In this document: positions 38,553-47,887 of the stretch, one piece after another
Layout: the number at the start of each line of letters is the position of its first letter
Position numbering within the stretch: position 1 is the stretch's first letter
Virus record (IMG/VR): IMGVR_UViG_3300021168_000355
Span: 1-64,000 of that record
Direction: 5' to 3' (one strand)
DNA length: 64,000 bases
From: a virus
Program-made: the position numbers and the translations under genes
Notes under the pieces: generated by a model
Databases searched by the model: none
What the model was told of the DNA's origin: nothing
What the model saw: the letters and a program-made list of their open reading frames with translations, nothing else

Positions 38553-38918
38553 TTACGGAACAGCATAACCATTTGCTGATGACGCGGTGGCTGAGCCTGT
38601 GACATTTGTGGCTGTAACATCACAGGTGAGAGTAGTTCCCAAATCAGCGGAAGCGATGATATAGGGATTGGCTGCTCCATTTGCACCAGTTATATTGGTA
38701 CCATTGCGTTGCCACCGATAAGCATAGGAGTCAGGGACACCATGCCAATTCCCAACAGTGCTCTCGACCGCATCGCCAGGAACCCCTGTTCCCCCAGTCT
38801 CAAGCATCACAACAGGGGGATCAAAATTAACAGGCACCTCAGGTGTTGGATCAACGACCTCAACGCCCCAAAACTTCTTGGCCCAACCTGCACCTACTAC
38901 CATTGGATACTGGGGCAT
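38553..38918 (-). CDS. single Ig-like domain protein
   Basis: G.W...P.SY.Y.WQRNG..I.GA....Y.....D.G..L.C.VTA.N. Confidence 0.7.
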   Translation of the reverse strand: MPQYPMVVGAGWAKKFWGVEVVDPTPEVPVNFDPPVVMLETGGTGVPGDAVESTVGNWHGVPDSYAYRWQRNGTNITGANGAANPYIIASADLGTTLTCDVTATNVTGSATASSANGYAVP

Positions 38919-38928
38919 CTAAAAGCTC

Positions 38929-40032
38929 CTATGTCACGTTGATGGTGCAGGTGCTTGGAACACCTATACCTATATCATTCTGTGCGTAAAGGGTATAAGT
39001 ATAGGTACCAGCTATTATGGCTGCGGCATTTGCTACCGTAACCACACCTGAACTATCTATGGTAAACATTCCTGAAGGAGTACCACCAGTTTCGACAAGG
39101 GCCCAAGCATTTGGATTATTTGTTGCGACACATGTACCAATAATTTGACCCTGCGTTACTGGGAGAGAAACATCAAAATTAGCTGGGGTAATGGCTGGCT
39201 CTGGAGGATTTACAGAAACCTGATTAGATGTGGAAACAGCAATGCCGCCACCCACAGCATTCGAGGCTTGAGCGACTCCAGAAATTACTCCATTGGCATC
39301 AGCCTCTGTGGTTGTATATTGGTTTGTATTAGCACCAGAAATAGACGAACCATTTCGTTGCCAACCATAAAAATAGTTAGTTGGATTATTAGTCCAAGCT
39401 CCAGTGCTCATCGATAATGTTGTACCAAAATCAACAGGTCCAACAGGATTAATTGATGGTGCAACGACATTGACAGGGGGTCCAGCGATAGCCACAACAT
39501 TGCTAGATGGCTCAGGTAAACTCTTGCCCCCTTCATTGTCCGCAGCTACAGTCAAACCAATATTATTATTTCGGTCCACTATGGTAGTCGTATAGGTACT
39601 GGCATTTTGTCCAGCAATTGGAGTACCATTTCTAGTCCATTGATAATCGAACCCAATTGGAGTATTCGTCCAAATACCTGGATTCGCTGTTAAAAGTGTA
39701 CCTGAGGTAACTGTACCTGTCGGCGTGATGGATGGTGGAGTTGTATTTACAGGTATTGGCGGCGGAGCGGGGGCTACATCCCATACCGGCATCGCATCTC
39801 CTGCACCTGAGATATAAACTGGAATAGCGTTATTTGGGTTCCCTTGATCACTCCCAATCGGAGGCGCTCCCGGTCCCCCAGTCACGTAGACTGGGATAGG
39901 CCCAGACGCAGGGGATCCTGCTCCCGCTATGAAATTGACTGGAATTGCACCACCTCCAGGACCCGCAACAACGTACACTGGAATTGCTCCAGCTGCGTTG
40001 GTGCGATCATTTGGGTACATAATGGCGTTCAT
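38929..40032 (-). CDS. Ig-like repeat/cadherin-like head decoration protein
   Basis: AIPVY repeats, two Y.W.RNG Ig domains, C-terminal FTIDSSG.VTV cadherin-like domain. Confidence 0.7.
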   Translation of the reverse strand: MNAIMYPNDRTNAAGAIPVYVVAGPGGGAIPVNFIAGAGSPASGPIPVYVTGGPGAPPIGSDQGNPNNAIPVYISGAGDAMPVWDVAPAPPPIPVNTTPPSITPTGTVTSGTLLTANPGIWTNTPIGFDYQWTRNGTPIAGQNASTYTTTIVDRNNNIGLTVAADNEGGKSLPEPSSNVVAIAGPPVNVVAPSINPVGPVDFGTTLSMSTGAWTNNPTNYFYGWQRNGSSISGANTNQYTTTEADANGVISGVAQASNAVGGGIAVSTSNQVSVNPPEPAITPANFDVSLPVTQGQIIGTCVATNNPNAWALVETGGTPSGMFTIDSSGVVTVANAAAIIAGTYTYTLYAQNDIGIGVPSTCTINVT

Positions 40033-40223
40033 AGGTAAGCTAAATTACCTCCACCAAACAATAGCCAGATGACAATGATGATCAGGAGAATACCAACTAG
40101 ACCGATGCCAGTATGACCATAACCATAGCCGTAGCGCCAATTAGGATTAATATTAGGTCCAGCTACCCCTCCAAGCAAAACGATAATGAGGATAACGACG
40201 AGGATTATACTAAGTGGTCTCAT
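40029..40223 (-). CDS. DUF3309-like small membrane protein
   Basis: Two TM segments flanking the W.YGYG...G.G loop. Confidence 0.7.
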   Translation of the reverse strand: MRPLSIILVVILIIVLLGGVAGPNINPNWRYGYGYGHTGIGLVGILLIIIVIWLLFGGGNLAYL

Positions 40224-40489
40224 TTTATCGCCGCTCCAAATTCGCCATGATACCGAACACGTTGGCGCTTCTCGATGGCTTCTTCCTTCATAAAGATAAC
40301 ACCATAAGTGATCGCTAGGGCTACTGCATGGGGTAAGTTAACCGCATCAAGCTTATACCTCGCTTGATCAAGGTACGTTTTAACTGATCCGTATGATACA
40401 CCTGTAAGCATACTAATTTCCCGATAGGTCTTCCCTTGAGCGGCCCATGATAAACATTCAGTTTCCCTACTCGAAAGGGGTGTACGCAT
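40220..40489 (-). CDS. LuxR-type HTH protein (DNA-binding domain only)
   Basis: LSSRETECLSWAAQGKT..EI...G.S..SV..YL..A..KL.A.N..HAVA.A. Confidence 0.85.
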   Translation of the reverse strand: MRTPLSSRETECLSWAAQGKTYREISMLTGVSYGSVKTYLDQARYKLDAVNLPHAVALAITYGVIFMKEEAIEKRQRVRYHGEFGAAIK

Positions 40490-40499
40490 CGCGAACCAC

Positions 40500-41786
40500 T
40501 TAGAACCCCTCCATGTTGCCGCATCCAATGCTAACCCCATAGGTGAACGTGTCTAAAAGGTCATCGGCGCGGTCTTTTGCGTCCTTGTCACCTACGCGGA
40601 ACCCTGTGACTTGATGGATGAAATGATTCTGGAGTTGATCCTTAAAGTCCGTCTCCTTGTAGAAAGCCTCTTCGCTCATCTTGACCTTGTGAGACCACAC
40701 ATACCCCGAAACATTCATTGCCCTCTCATCTTTACCAATCGATGTCAACTTACCCTCGATTGGTTGAGCGGGCAATCCATTGTTCTGTGCTTGCTGAATA
40801 AGCACCGTTCCTGAACCTTTATCCTCAATGAAGGCGGCAACCTTGCGGTTCATCGCTCCACATTTTTTGGACAATTCTTCCAGTCTCGCAAAAACAGAAG
40901 GAAGCCAACCTTCCAACATAGCTCCATCAATCGAGAGGATATCCCAATCAAGAATAACAAGAGGATGACCCACTCCAAGCTGCCATGAAGAAGCGTAGTA
41001 GGTGACAGCGGTACCGTCATGCTCTTTGCCTGACTTCATCCCGGTGTCTATAACCGCATAGACGAAATCACATAGGAAGGGATAGGGAACAGGTTTTCCG
41101 TTGACAAGGAAGTTGTCGATGGAAAAGAAGGCGACACCACGCCAGTCAATGAACTCGGCTTCAATCTCCTGACGAAAGAACAAAGGATGAAGGCTTTTCC
41201 TCAGCTTCTCTATTTCGTCGGCGGGAATATAGGGGTTCTTCCAAGTGGGAGCATGAAAGGTGTTAAACTCGAATTTTGGATCGTTACAAATACGCCAGAA
41301 GAAATTGTCAGTGTCTACTCCGTTTGGGGTCGAAAAGACCCACGCATTGCCTCGATAGTCTAGGAGTGTGGGACGAATAGCTCCCTCCCACGTTTTCAGC
41401 ATATAATCGGGAGTGAATGCCGCCTCATCGATAATGACGGTATGATACTTCCTCGACCGACCTGCTGCCTTATTCTCTAAGCTCCAGAAGTCTGCCCGTC
41501 CCCCAGTGATCAGGCGAATGACTCCAGATGTTTGATTTGATACCTCAATCAGAGGGTGTAAGACATGGCGAACGGAAACGAATACTTCGGATAAGAGCTT
41601 ATAGGACGGAGCGAAATATCCAACCGCCTTGCCCCGTATTGTCCCATCTTCGATGATTGTTTGGGCAAATTCTGTCTTACCGAAACGCCGACCACACCTT
41701 CCCGCCCGGAACCTGCCTGGCATTTTGAAAGCTTCTACCTGCCCCGCATGAAGCTCTGGCATATGTATTTGGAACGGCGCGTTCAT
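40500..41786 (-). CDS. terL: terminase large subunit
   Basis: Q motif LHAGQ, Walker A GRRFGKT, Walker B IIDEAAF, STP, nuclease residues IDT, IED, DDLLD. Confidence 0.93.
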   Translation of the reverse strand: MNAPFQIHMPELHAGQVEAFKMPGRFRAGRCGRRFGKTEFAQTIIEDGTIRGKAVGYFAPSYKLLSEVFVSVRHVLHPLIEVSNQTSGVIRLITGGRADFWSLENKAAGRSRKYHTVIIDEAAFTPDYMLKTWEGAIRPTLLDYRGNAWVFSTPNGVDTDNFFWRICNDPKFEFNTFHAPTWKNPYIPADEIEKLRKSLHPLFFRQEIEAEFIDWRGVAFFSIDNFLVNGKPVPYPFLCDFVYAVIDTGMKSGKEHDGTAVTYYASSWQLGVGHPLVILDWDILSIDGAMLEGWLPSVFARLEELSKKCGAMNRKVAAFIEDKGSGTVLIQQAQNNGLPAQPIEGKLTSIGKDERAMNVSGYVWSHKVKMSEEAFYKETDFKDQLQNHFIHQVTGFRVGDKDAKDRADDLLDTFTYGVSIGCGNMEGF

Positions 41787-41837
41787 GGTATGTTTTTAGG
41801 TTGTCACCGTGCGTTCTACTTTTGTTCACGTAGATAA

Positions 41838-41908
41838 CAGGGATGCCCCTTTTAGCACTACTAAAAAAGGACATCCCTGAACTGTAAGTTTTTAGTATAC
41901 TAAAATGC
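41838..41908. repeat. palindromic operator-like element upstream of terL
   Basis: CAGGGATG..TTTTAGCACTACTAAAA..CATCCCTG followed by TTTTAGTATACTAAAA. Confidence 0.7.
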
Positions 41909-41915
41909 GATCGGA

Positions 41916-42647
41916 CTAACGCTTGGGCTGTGCCGTCGGTGGTGTTCCGCCTGGCGCGATGGGCTGAGTCGGAGTACCTGGCGCTGCACCACCCGGTAGA
42001 CCCTGATCAGGCGCCGGCGGCTTCTCGGACGGTGGCTTGTTCGGGGGAAGTCCCTGATCGGGATGCGGGGGAACCGTAATCACCGCATAACGATAGCCGA
42101 CGCCTGAGATTGCCACAAGAACAATGGCCTTGCCTTCCGGAACGCTTGGGGGAAGCGGAGGCCAAATCGTGCCCGGCGGCGGGTTGGTCGGGGGCAAGGG
42201 CTGGCCGGGAACCGGCGGAAGACCCTGATCGGGACCAATCGGCCAAACCGGAATATGACCTTCATCGACGCCGTAGTCAGGATCGGTGGGACGACCCGGA
42301 CGAGGGGGACGATTACCGACGTGAGGCGGACGACCGCCGCCAGGAAGTCCCTGATCGGGTCCTGCACCTTCATCGACGCCCCAATCGGGATCCGTTGGGC
42401 GCCCACCAAACGAGGGAAGATGACCAGGACGCGGAGGACGACCGCCGCCAGGAAGACCTTGATCGGGATGACCCGGCCAACCGCCCGGAAGTCCCTGATC
42501 GGGACGCGGGGGACGACCGCCCGGACGACCGCCCGGAAGTTCATGATCGGGATGACCGCCTTCATCGACGCCATAGTCAGGGTCGATGGGTCGCCCCGAA
42601 CTGTCAAAACGCACCGGAGTAACCCACATCAATTGTCCTCTAGGCAT
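41916..42647 (-). CDS. Pro/Gly-rich repeat protein
   Basis: PDQGLP repeats and P.DPD[YW]GVDEG repeats; GGAAGG RBS. Confidence 0.7.
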   Translation of the reverse strand: MPRGQLMWVTPVRFDSSGRPIDPDYGVDEGGHPDHELPGGRPGGRPPRPDQGLPGGWPGHPDQGLPGGGRPPRPGHLPSFGGRPTDPDWGVDEGAGPDQGLPGGGRPPHVGNRPPRPGRPTDPDYGVDEGHIPVWPIGPDQGLPPVPGQPLPPTNPPPGTIWPPLPPSVPEGKAIVLVAISGVGYRYAVITVPPHPDQGLPPNKPPSEKPPAPDQGLPGGAAPGTPTQPIAPGGTPPTAQPKR

Positions 42648-42726
42648 ATGCTTTCCTTCCGTTGTAGAACCGTGTTACTTGGGTAATGCTCTTTAAATGC
42701 CTTGCATCCATTACCTAAAAGCGAGG

Positions 42727-42960
42727 CTACTCAGGCGCCCTCTCGGGCGGATACTCCTGATCCGCTTGGGGCGGATTATCAATAGAGCCCGCATGAGGAG
42801 CCCCTGGATTGGGATCATTCTTCGGACGACCATGATCCGAGTAGCCAGGGTTGTAAATAAGTTCCTGATCAGGAGTGGGAGTCGTAAGATCCTCTCCTTC
42901 ACCAGGTCCCTGAGGGCCAGGGGGACGAATTTTGGTCTCTCGCGGTGGTTCTTTAGGCAT
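42727..42960 (-). CDS. Pro-rich hypothetical protein
   Basis: AAGGA RBS; in the terS operon. Confidence 0.55.
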   Translation of the reverse strand: MPKEPPRETKIRPPGPQGPGEGEDLTTPTPDQELIYNPGYSDHGRPKNDPNPGAPHAGSIDNPPQADQEYPPERAPE

Positions 42961-42975
42961 GATGCTTCCTTTACG

Positions 42976-43302
42976 TTACCCCGCCCCTTGCTCATCCTGG
43001 GGTAGGCCCCCAGTGATACTGATTCTGATACCTTGCTCATCGGTAAGGGAGGCAGGGGCTAAACGGACATTTCGATAGGGCATTGCTGCCTTTGCTGCGT
43101 CCATACGTCGATCCATCGGCTGATTTGGATCGCGCATGACCGCCATAAGAAAGTCCAAAGGTTCCGCGTCCGGCTCAATCTGAGGCGGGGGAGGGCGTCC
43201 ATTACCGTAGTGAGTGTTTTGCGGGAAAGGTAGAATGGCACCCGGAAGCGGAAACCTCGAGGGTGGTCCATAATTCCCCGGCCCGTTATATCCAGCCGAC
43301 AT
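42976..43302 (-). CDS. putative terminase small subunit
   Basis: PLDFL.AVMRD...RRMDAAKAA.PY motif; first gene of the late operon, upstream of terL. Confidence 0.6.
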   Translation of the reverse strand: MSAGYNGPGNYGPPSRFPLPGAILPFPQNTHYGNGRPPPPQIEPDAEPLDFLMAVMRDPNQPMDRRMDAAKAAMPYRNVRLAPASLTDEQGIRISITGGLPQDEQGAG

Positions 43303-43326
43303 AGCGTACCCTTTTGCCCCGCAAAC

Positions 43327-43355
43327 ATCATGCGCGCAAGGGAATAGCTTGTCAA
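43327..43355 (-). promoter_or_regulatory. promoter of the structural operon
   Basis: TTGACA-N17-CATGAT; divergent from the helicase. Confidence 0.6.
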
Positions 43356-43433
43356 GAGGGTTTTTGTCCACAAACACATTTTTTTGTTGTGTGGAATAAA
43401 AAAATGTGCTAGATATAGTAGTGAGGATGAGAA

Positions 43434-45179
43434 ATGACCGAGAATAACCAACCAGAGGCACGTCGTGGACAAGTCACCGTCAAACATGCCTCTCCGCAAT
43501 TATTTCGGTTCCTATCTAGTCTGCCGTCATACCACAAGTTTCTTGATGATGGTGGCGCCATATTCGAGGCGACTCGCCACTCAATAGATGCCTACGAGGC
43601 TGCATTCCCCGACGCTCCCATCCACGACGCTGATGGAACTATAGCTCGGGTCAAAATAAAGGTAGCTGAGGTCGAACACCACGAACGACTCGCTCCTCAA
43701 GACCCCGACAAAAAGCAACCCTTCAATCATCAGGAATCAGCCATCGATATAGGGTTATCTCGACCCTATTATGCCTTCTTCGATGATATGGGGACAGCAA
43801 AATCCGCAACTATATGCCTTTTGATCGCCGAGCTTTTCGCCCGTAAGATCATTGATCGGGCATTAGTTATTACCACAAAACGGGGTCGCCCCCAGTTCAT
43901 GAATGAGCAGCTTCCCCAATGGATGCCACCTTCCATCAAATACCTTAAGGGTGAATTGCCTGCTACTGCTAAGAAGCGGGTGATGAAATATCCTGATGAA
44001 AAGGTAATGATTGGCTTCTCTACTCCTGGAGCCTTCCAATCAAAGCGTCAGGTCGTTGACATATTGGAGTTTGTAACAGGGGGACAGAGACAGGGACGAA
44101 CAGCCCTCTTCATTGACGAAAGCCAAAACTTCAAGGGCTGGGACAATGAACGAGATAGGAATATGACTAATCTCCTGAAACAAGCAGGAGAATGTATCGT
44201 CAAGAAATTCCTCTTCTCCGGCGAACCTCAACCCAAAGGTTATGAGGATTTACTAGCCCAATTCTCTATCATGGACCCCAATATCATCGGGCATAGCACG
44301 ATGCAATCCTTCACCAATCAATATTGCGTGCTGGGTGGATACCAGATCAAAGAGATCGTGGATTACAAGAACATTGGTGAGTTGACCGCCCGTATCGCTC
44401 CTCACTGTCGGTACATCAAAATCACCGACGTTATGGATATGCCGCCTCAAATCTGGGAAGAACGGAAGTTTGAGCCCAATGATCTCCAGCGTGACCAATA
44501 CGCGCGAGTGAAAAGAGAGTTGGTCGCCGAACTCCAGATCGCCCTAGAATCAGGTGATTATGAGACTGTTCGCCGTACATGTGCCAACGCTGCCAGCAAG
44601 TTTACCGTTCTAGCCCAGATATCAAACGGGTTCTTCTACACCGATTTGATGCCCGGAGCAGAAGAGGGTTCACCACGAAACATCCAACGCCTGTCTATGG
44701 AGCGTCCAGAATATGTTCTGGAAGAACTCGTAAGTCGCCACCAGAAAACCATCATCTATTGCCGTTTCCATGAGGATCTCCAGATGCTTAAGGAGACTAT
44801 GGAAAAGATGAAGTTGAATGGAGTTGAGTTTTCAGGGCGGCTATCGGATAAGCAGTGCGAGGTCAATAAGCTCGCTTTCCAAAGCGCCGATGCCTCTAGC
44901 CCCTCTATCCTCTATGCAACAACAGGTTCTGGGGGAGAAGCCTTAAATCTCCAAATTGCCAATCGAACCATATATTACTCCAATTCATACAATTATGGGC
45001 ATCGAGTGCAATCCACTCGCCGTACATGGAGAGCGGGTCAACATGAAACCTGTTATTACTTCGATATCTTCGGATTCCCAATTGACCGATTGATATGGAG
45101 AAACCTGATCGATAAACGCGATTTATCCGCACAGTTGAAACTGGCTACTGAAATGGCAAAGCTAGTGGATCAAATATAG
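43434..45179 (+). CDS. SNF2-family helicase
   Basis: Q motif PFNHQ, DMGTAKS, FIDESQ, LFSGEP, GEALNLQ.A, QS.RR.WR.GQ. Confidence 0.88.
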   Translation: MTENNQPEARRGQVTVKHASPQLFRFLSSLPSYHKFLDDGGAIFEATRHSIDAYEAAFPDAPIHDADGTIARVKIKVAEVEHHERLAPQDPDKKQPFNHQESAIDIGLSRPYYAFFDDMGTAKSATICLLIAELFARKIIDRALVITTKRGRPQFMNEQLPQWMPPSIKYLKGELPATAKKRVMKYPDEKVMIGFSTPGAFQSKRQVVDILEFVTGGQRQGRTALFIDESQNFKGWDNERDRNMTNLLKQAGECIVKKFLFSGEPQPKGYEDLLAQFSIMDPNIIGHSTMQSFTNQYCVLGGYQIKEIVDYKNIGELTARIAPHCRYIKITDVMDMPPQIWEERKFEPNDLQRDQYARVKRELVAELQIALESGDYETVRRTCANAASKFTVLAQISNGFFYTDLMPGAEEGSPRNIQRLSMERPEYVLEELVSRHQKTIIYCRFHEDLQMLKETMEKMKLNGVEFSGRLSDKQCEVNKLAFQSADASSPSILYATTGSGGEALNLQIANRTIYYSNSYNYGHRVQSTRRTWRAGQHETCYYFDIFGFPIDRLIWRNLIDKRDLSAQLKLATEMAKLVDQI

Positions 45180-45185
45180 AGGAAT

Positions 45186-45214
45186 TTGACAAGGAACCTC
45201 AACTGTGCTAACAT
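45186..45214 (+). promoter_or_regulatory. sigma70-type promoter
   Basis: TTGACA-N17-TAACAT with TG extension. Confidence 0.7.
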
Positions 45215-45234
45215 AAACCCATGTACGGGAGAAA

Positions 45235-45741
45235 GTGAAGCACATGCCAGGAATCACCTACAAATCCTATAACTTCGTCACTAAGGATCCAATAATCGAT
45301 CAAATACGGACAGTTATACAGGATAGTGGTGTCACCTTTAAATGGATTGAAGAAAGGTCAGGTGTAACATCACAGACATTGGCTAAATGGATTTATGGCG
45401 ATACCAAGAAACCACAAGCTGCCACAATCAATGCGGTATTGCGTGTCTTAGGCAAAAAACTAATTATCGCCGATATTAATGCCTTTGAGGATGTTGCCGC
45501 AACACCTTGGCGCGCTCCCCCAGTGCATGAGAGGACGCCTACTAATAAGGTGGCGAAATACCGCGCTCCGAAAATGCAATATGATCCCAACGATGAATCC
45601 ACTTGGAGCAGAGTAGGTGGCGCACCAATAGTTGGTAGACCCACTCGTACATTGCCACCTGAGCCTGAGACCTTCAAAGATAAAGGGAAAGTCGTTTCCC
45701 GCAGCTTCAATGCCATTCCATCTATCGAGACCAAGAAATGA
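45235..45741 (+). CDS. XRE-type HTH transcriptional regulator
   Basis: I.ERSGV...TL.KW..GDTKKPQ.ATI.AV...LG. Confidence 0.75.
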   Translation: MKHMPGITYKSYNFVTKDPIIDQIRTVIQDSGVTFKWIEERSGVTSQTLAKWIYGDTKKPQAATINAVLRVLGKKLIIADINAFEDVAATPWRAPPVHERTPTNKVAKYRAPKMQYDPNDESTWSRVGGAPIVGRPTRTLPPEPETFKDKGKVVSRSFNAIPSIETKK

Positions 45742-45992
45742 CCTTTAAGGTCATGTCGCGGCGGTGTGCGACCTGCATATACCGCAAAGATTTGCAATGG
45801 GACCTAAAAAAGTTCGAGGATCAGGTACGCGACGAACATATGGGGTACAAAAGCTACCGAGCTTGTCACCACCAAAAACGGAATAAAAGCGCGTGTTGTC
45901 GAGGATTCTGGGACCATCATAAGGATGAATTTCAACTAGGACAGCTTGCCCAAAGACTAAACATGGTCGAATATGTGGAGCCAGATCCATGA
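45738..45992 (+). CDS. Cys-rich hypothetical protein
   Basis: CATC...CH...CCRG. Confidence 0.65.
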   Translation: MTFKVMSRRCATCIYRKDLQWDLKKFEDQVRDEHMGYKSYRACHHQKRNKSACCRGFWDHHKDEFQLGQLAQRLNMVEYVEPDP

Positions 45993-46070
45993 CCAATTTT
46001 TCTCAATGTCGTCATCCCTGTTGTGCGTTTGATGGGAAATGCTGCGGGTGTTGTTATAGGAGACCAGGCT

Positions 46071-46622
46071 ATGGGAACACAAGAACTGAATCGGGCTTAT
46101 CCTCGCCTCAAAAGGGATTGGAGTGCTGTGGGCGGCTATATTTTGAGGCTAACGAATCCAAATCTCAAGGGTGTCCCAGACTTCCTAATATCTCACCCCA
46201 GCGTGGGGTCAGGACTTGCGGAAGTGAAATGCGTCGATGATCCCAGAGATATCATCGGTTTAGAGGAACATCAAGCCAAAACCCTTGATGAAGCCTCTCT
46301 TGGTGGAGCAAAGGGTAGAGTTTTAGTTTATTGCCTGATGAAAGAGGAATGGGGATTGTTCTTTGGTGGAACGCTCCGCCAGCATTATCGGGTTCTAAGG
46401 TATCAGATGGCACCTCTCTTTTCTCCTAAAGTCACTCCAGAATGGGCTCTAGGGACTGGATCAAGTGTTGAAATGGGTTTAATAACGGCTGCTGAGGAGC
46501 AACGTATTAAAGCCATGCAAACACATGTAGAGGAAGTGGAGCGTAAACGATGGGTTAAGGACCTCGTTATCAGCCACGATGACGAAATGGGCGCAAAAAT
46601 GAGCCAAATTCGGGGCGACTGA
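46071..46622 (+). CDS. PD-(D/E)xK nuclease (VRR-NUC/Holliday junction resolvase-like)
   Basis: GVPD...AEVK...HQ; AGGAG RBS. Confidence 0.75.
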   Translation: MGTQELNRAYPRLKRDWSAVGGYILRLTNPNLKGVPDFLISHPSVGSGLAEVKCVDDPRDIIGLEEHQAKTLDEASLGGAKGRVLVYCLMKEEWGLFFGGTLRQHYRVLRYQMAPLFSPKVTPEWALGTGSSVEMGLITAAEEQRIKAMQTHVEEVERKRWVKDLVISHDDEMGAKMSQIRGD

Positions 46623-46624
46623 AT

Positions 46625-46653
46625 TTGACAGGATAAACTGTGTGTGCTATAAT
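46625..46653 (+). promoter_or_regulatory. consensus sigma70 promoter
   Basis: TTGACA-N17-TATAAT. Confidence 0.85.
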
Positions 46654-46679
46654 ATCCGTTAGTTAAACGGAGTTATGTT

Positions 46680-47198
46680 ATGCCTAAATCACTCACATTC
46701 CTCGGTAATGAGGACAGAGGACCACGGTGGGAAGTTCCAACTTTCACCGTTACAATTAACGTGCTAAATAGTTCGGTACTCCAAGAGGTCCTAAAATTCC
46801 CTGGAGTCGAACTGGTAGACCTGAATAAGTTCCCACCTCGTCCCCCAGTGATCGAGGATGAGATGCCTACAATGGCGGAGCGAATGAGAAAGGCTAAGAA
46901 AGAGGAGAAAAGGGCAAAGCCTAAAGGCAATGTGACTCCGTATCACGATCGATTCCAACATCCCTCCGGCAAGCCTGCTCATTGGTTCCTGACCGAGTAT
47001 CTGGCGAAAAATGGGGGACAAGCTGGACTCGCCGAGTTGAAACGTCATCTTAAGGTCCAGGGGTTCTCGACTGGGACCGCTATGGGGGCCATGACTAAGA
47101 TGGTCGCCAGGGGAGAGGCTATCAGCAAAAAGCCTCACGGCTACGTCCTAACAGACTCGGGAAAAGCAAAGGCAGAGAAGGAATTGGCAAGCGGATAA
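46680..47198 (+). CDS. hypothetical protein with C-terminal winged-helix-like domain
   Basis: L...L...GF...T...A..K.V..G.......GYVLTDSG. Confidence 0.55.
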   Translation: MPKSLTFLGNEDRGPRWEVPTFTVTINVLNSSVLQEVLKFPGVELVDLNKFPPRPPVIEDEMPTMAERMRKAKKEEKRAKPKGNVTPYHDRFQHPSGKPAHWFLTEYLAKNGGQAGLAELKRHLKVQGFSTGTAMGAMTKMVARGEAISKKPHGYVLTDSGKAKAEKELASG

Positions 47199-47217
47199 TT
47201 ATGACGAAATTATGTTC

Positions 47218-47246
47218 TTGACTGGAACATTAAATTATGTTAATGT
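47218..47246 (+). promoter_or_regulatory. promoter of the PEP-CTERM gene
   Basis: TTGACT-N17-TAATGT. Confidence 0.55.
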
Positions 47247-47297
47247 TTTGTTGATGGGGGTGGTTATGTCTACTCCTTCAGCGGCGAAAGGTCTACT

Positions 47298-47885
47298 ATG
47301 AATAAGGTCGTCACTACTCTACTTGCTGCAACGGCGCTTATTGGGGTCGCGAGTTCCGCTCGCGCAGTAACCCTGATTAGCGTCGAGAATATTGGGTCGA
47401 TCCTCAACGAGAGCCTCGCGCTCCCCGCCGAGGACACCCCCGGCTCCAGTATCGGGTTCCAGCAGTTCTTCGAGTTCTCCTTGCCCGTGCGTGAGGTCGT
47501 CACCTTGTCGGTGTCTGACAGCGGGTTCGGCAGCGAGAAGATTATTGGGGGAACGTTCTCGGTCAACAACCACGAAACGACTGGCGGTGGACCGTTGTTC
47601 ATCCCCGCCGGCTCGACCATTGAAAGCGTTGGTCTCTCCGATTTCGTCGGCGGCCAGAGCGCGGAACTGGGTCCCAATACTCTCAGCGCAGGGAACTACT
47701 TTGCGTTGGTGGAGGGCACCAGCGGCGCGTCCCCTATTCACCTTGCAATCGACGGAACGGTGACTGCGACGGCGGCAGTTCCTGAGCCCTCGACTTGGGC
47801 GATGATGGGTCTTGGCTTTGGTCTTCTCACGTTCTTCGGCGCCAAGCGTCGGCGTAATACCGATCGCTTGGCGATGATTGCGTAA
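47298..47885 (+). CDS. PEP-CTERM (PEPxxWA) exosortase-target surface protein
   Basis: Signal peptide (ARA); C-terminal VPEPSTWAMM + TM + KRRR. Confidence 0.9.
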   Translation: MNKVVTTLLAATALIGVASSARAVTLISVENIGSILNESLALPAEDTPGSSIGFQQFFEFSLPVREVVTLSVSDSGFGSEKIIGGTFSVNNHETTGGGPLFIPAGSTIESVGLSDFVGGQSAELGPNTLSAGNYFALVEGTSGASPIHLAIDGTVTATAAVPEPSTWAMMGLGFGLLTFFGAKRRRNTDRLAMIA

Positions 47886-47887
47886 AT

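Noticed and set aside
9634-41786. Many late genes beginning ATGAAC (MNA/MNP/MNT)
   Set aside because: Largely explained by ATGA stop-start overlaps; too few independent cases
42007-42686. Multiple overlapping repeat-containing ORFs in other frames
   Set aside because: By-products of the GC-rich repeat gene 41916-42647, which has the RBS and the operon orientation
45989-46240. Cys-rich 83-aa ORF
   Set aside because: Mostly overlaps the nuclease gene out of frame; cannot be supported, although its ATGA overlap leaves it possible
47230-47243. CtrA box in the PEP-CTERM promoter
   Set aside because: TTAA-N6-TTAA spacing, not the canonical N7
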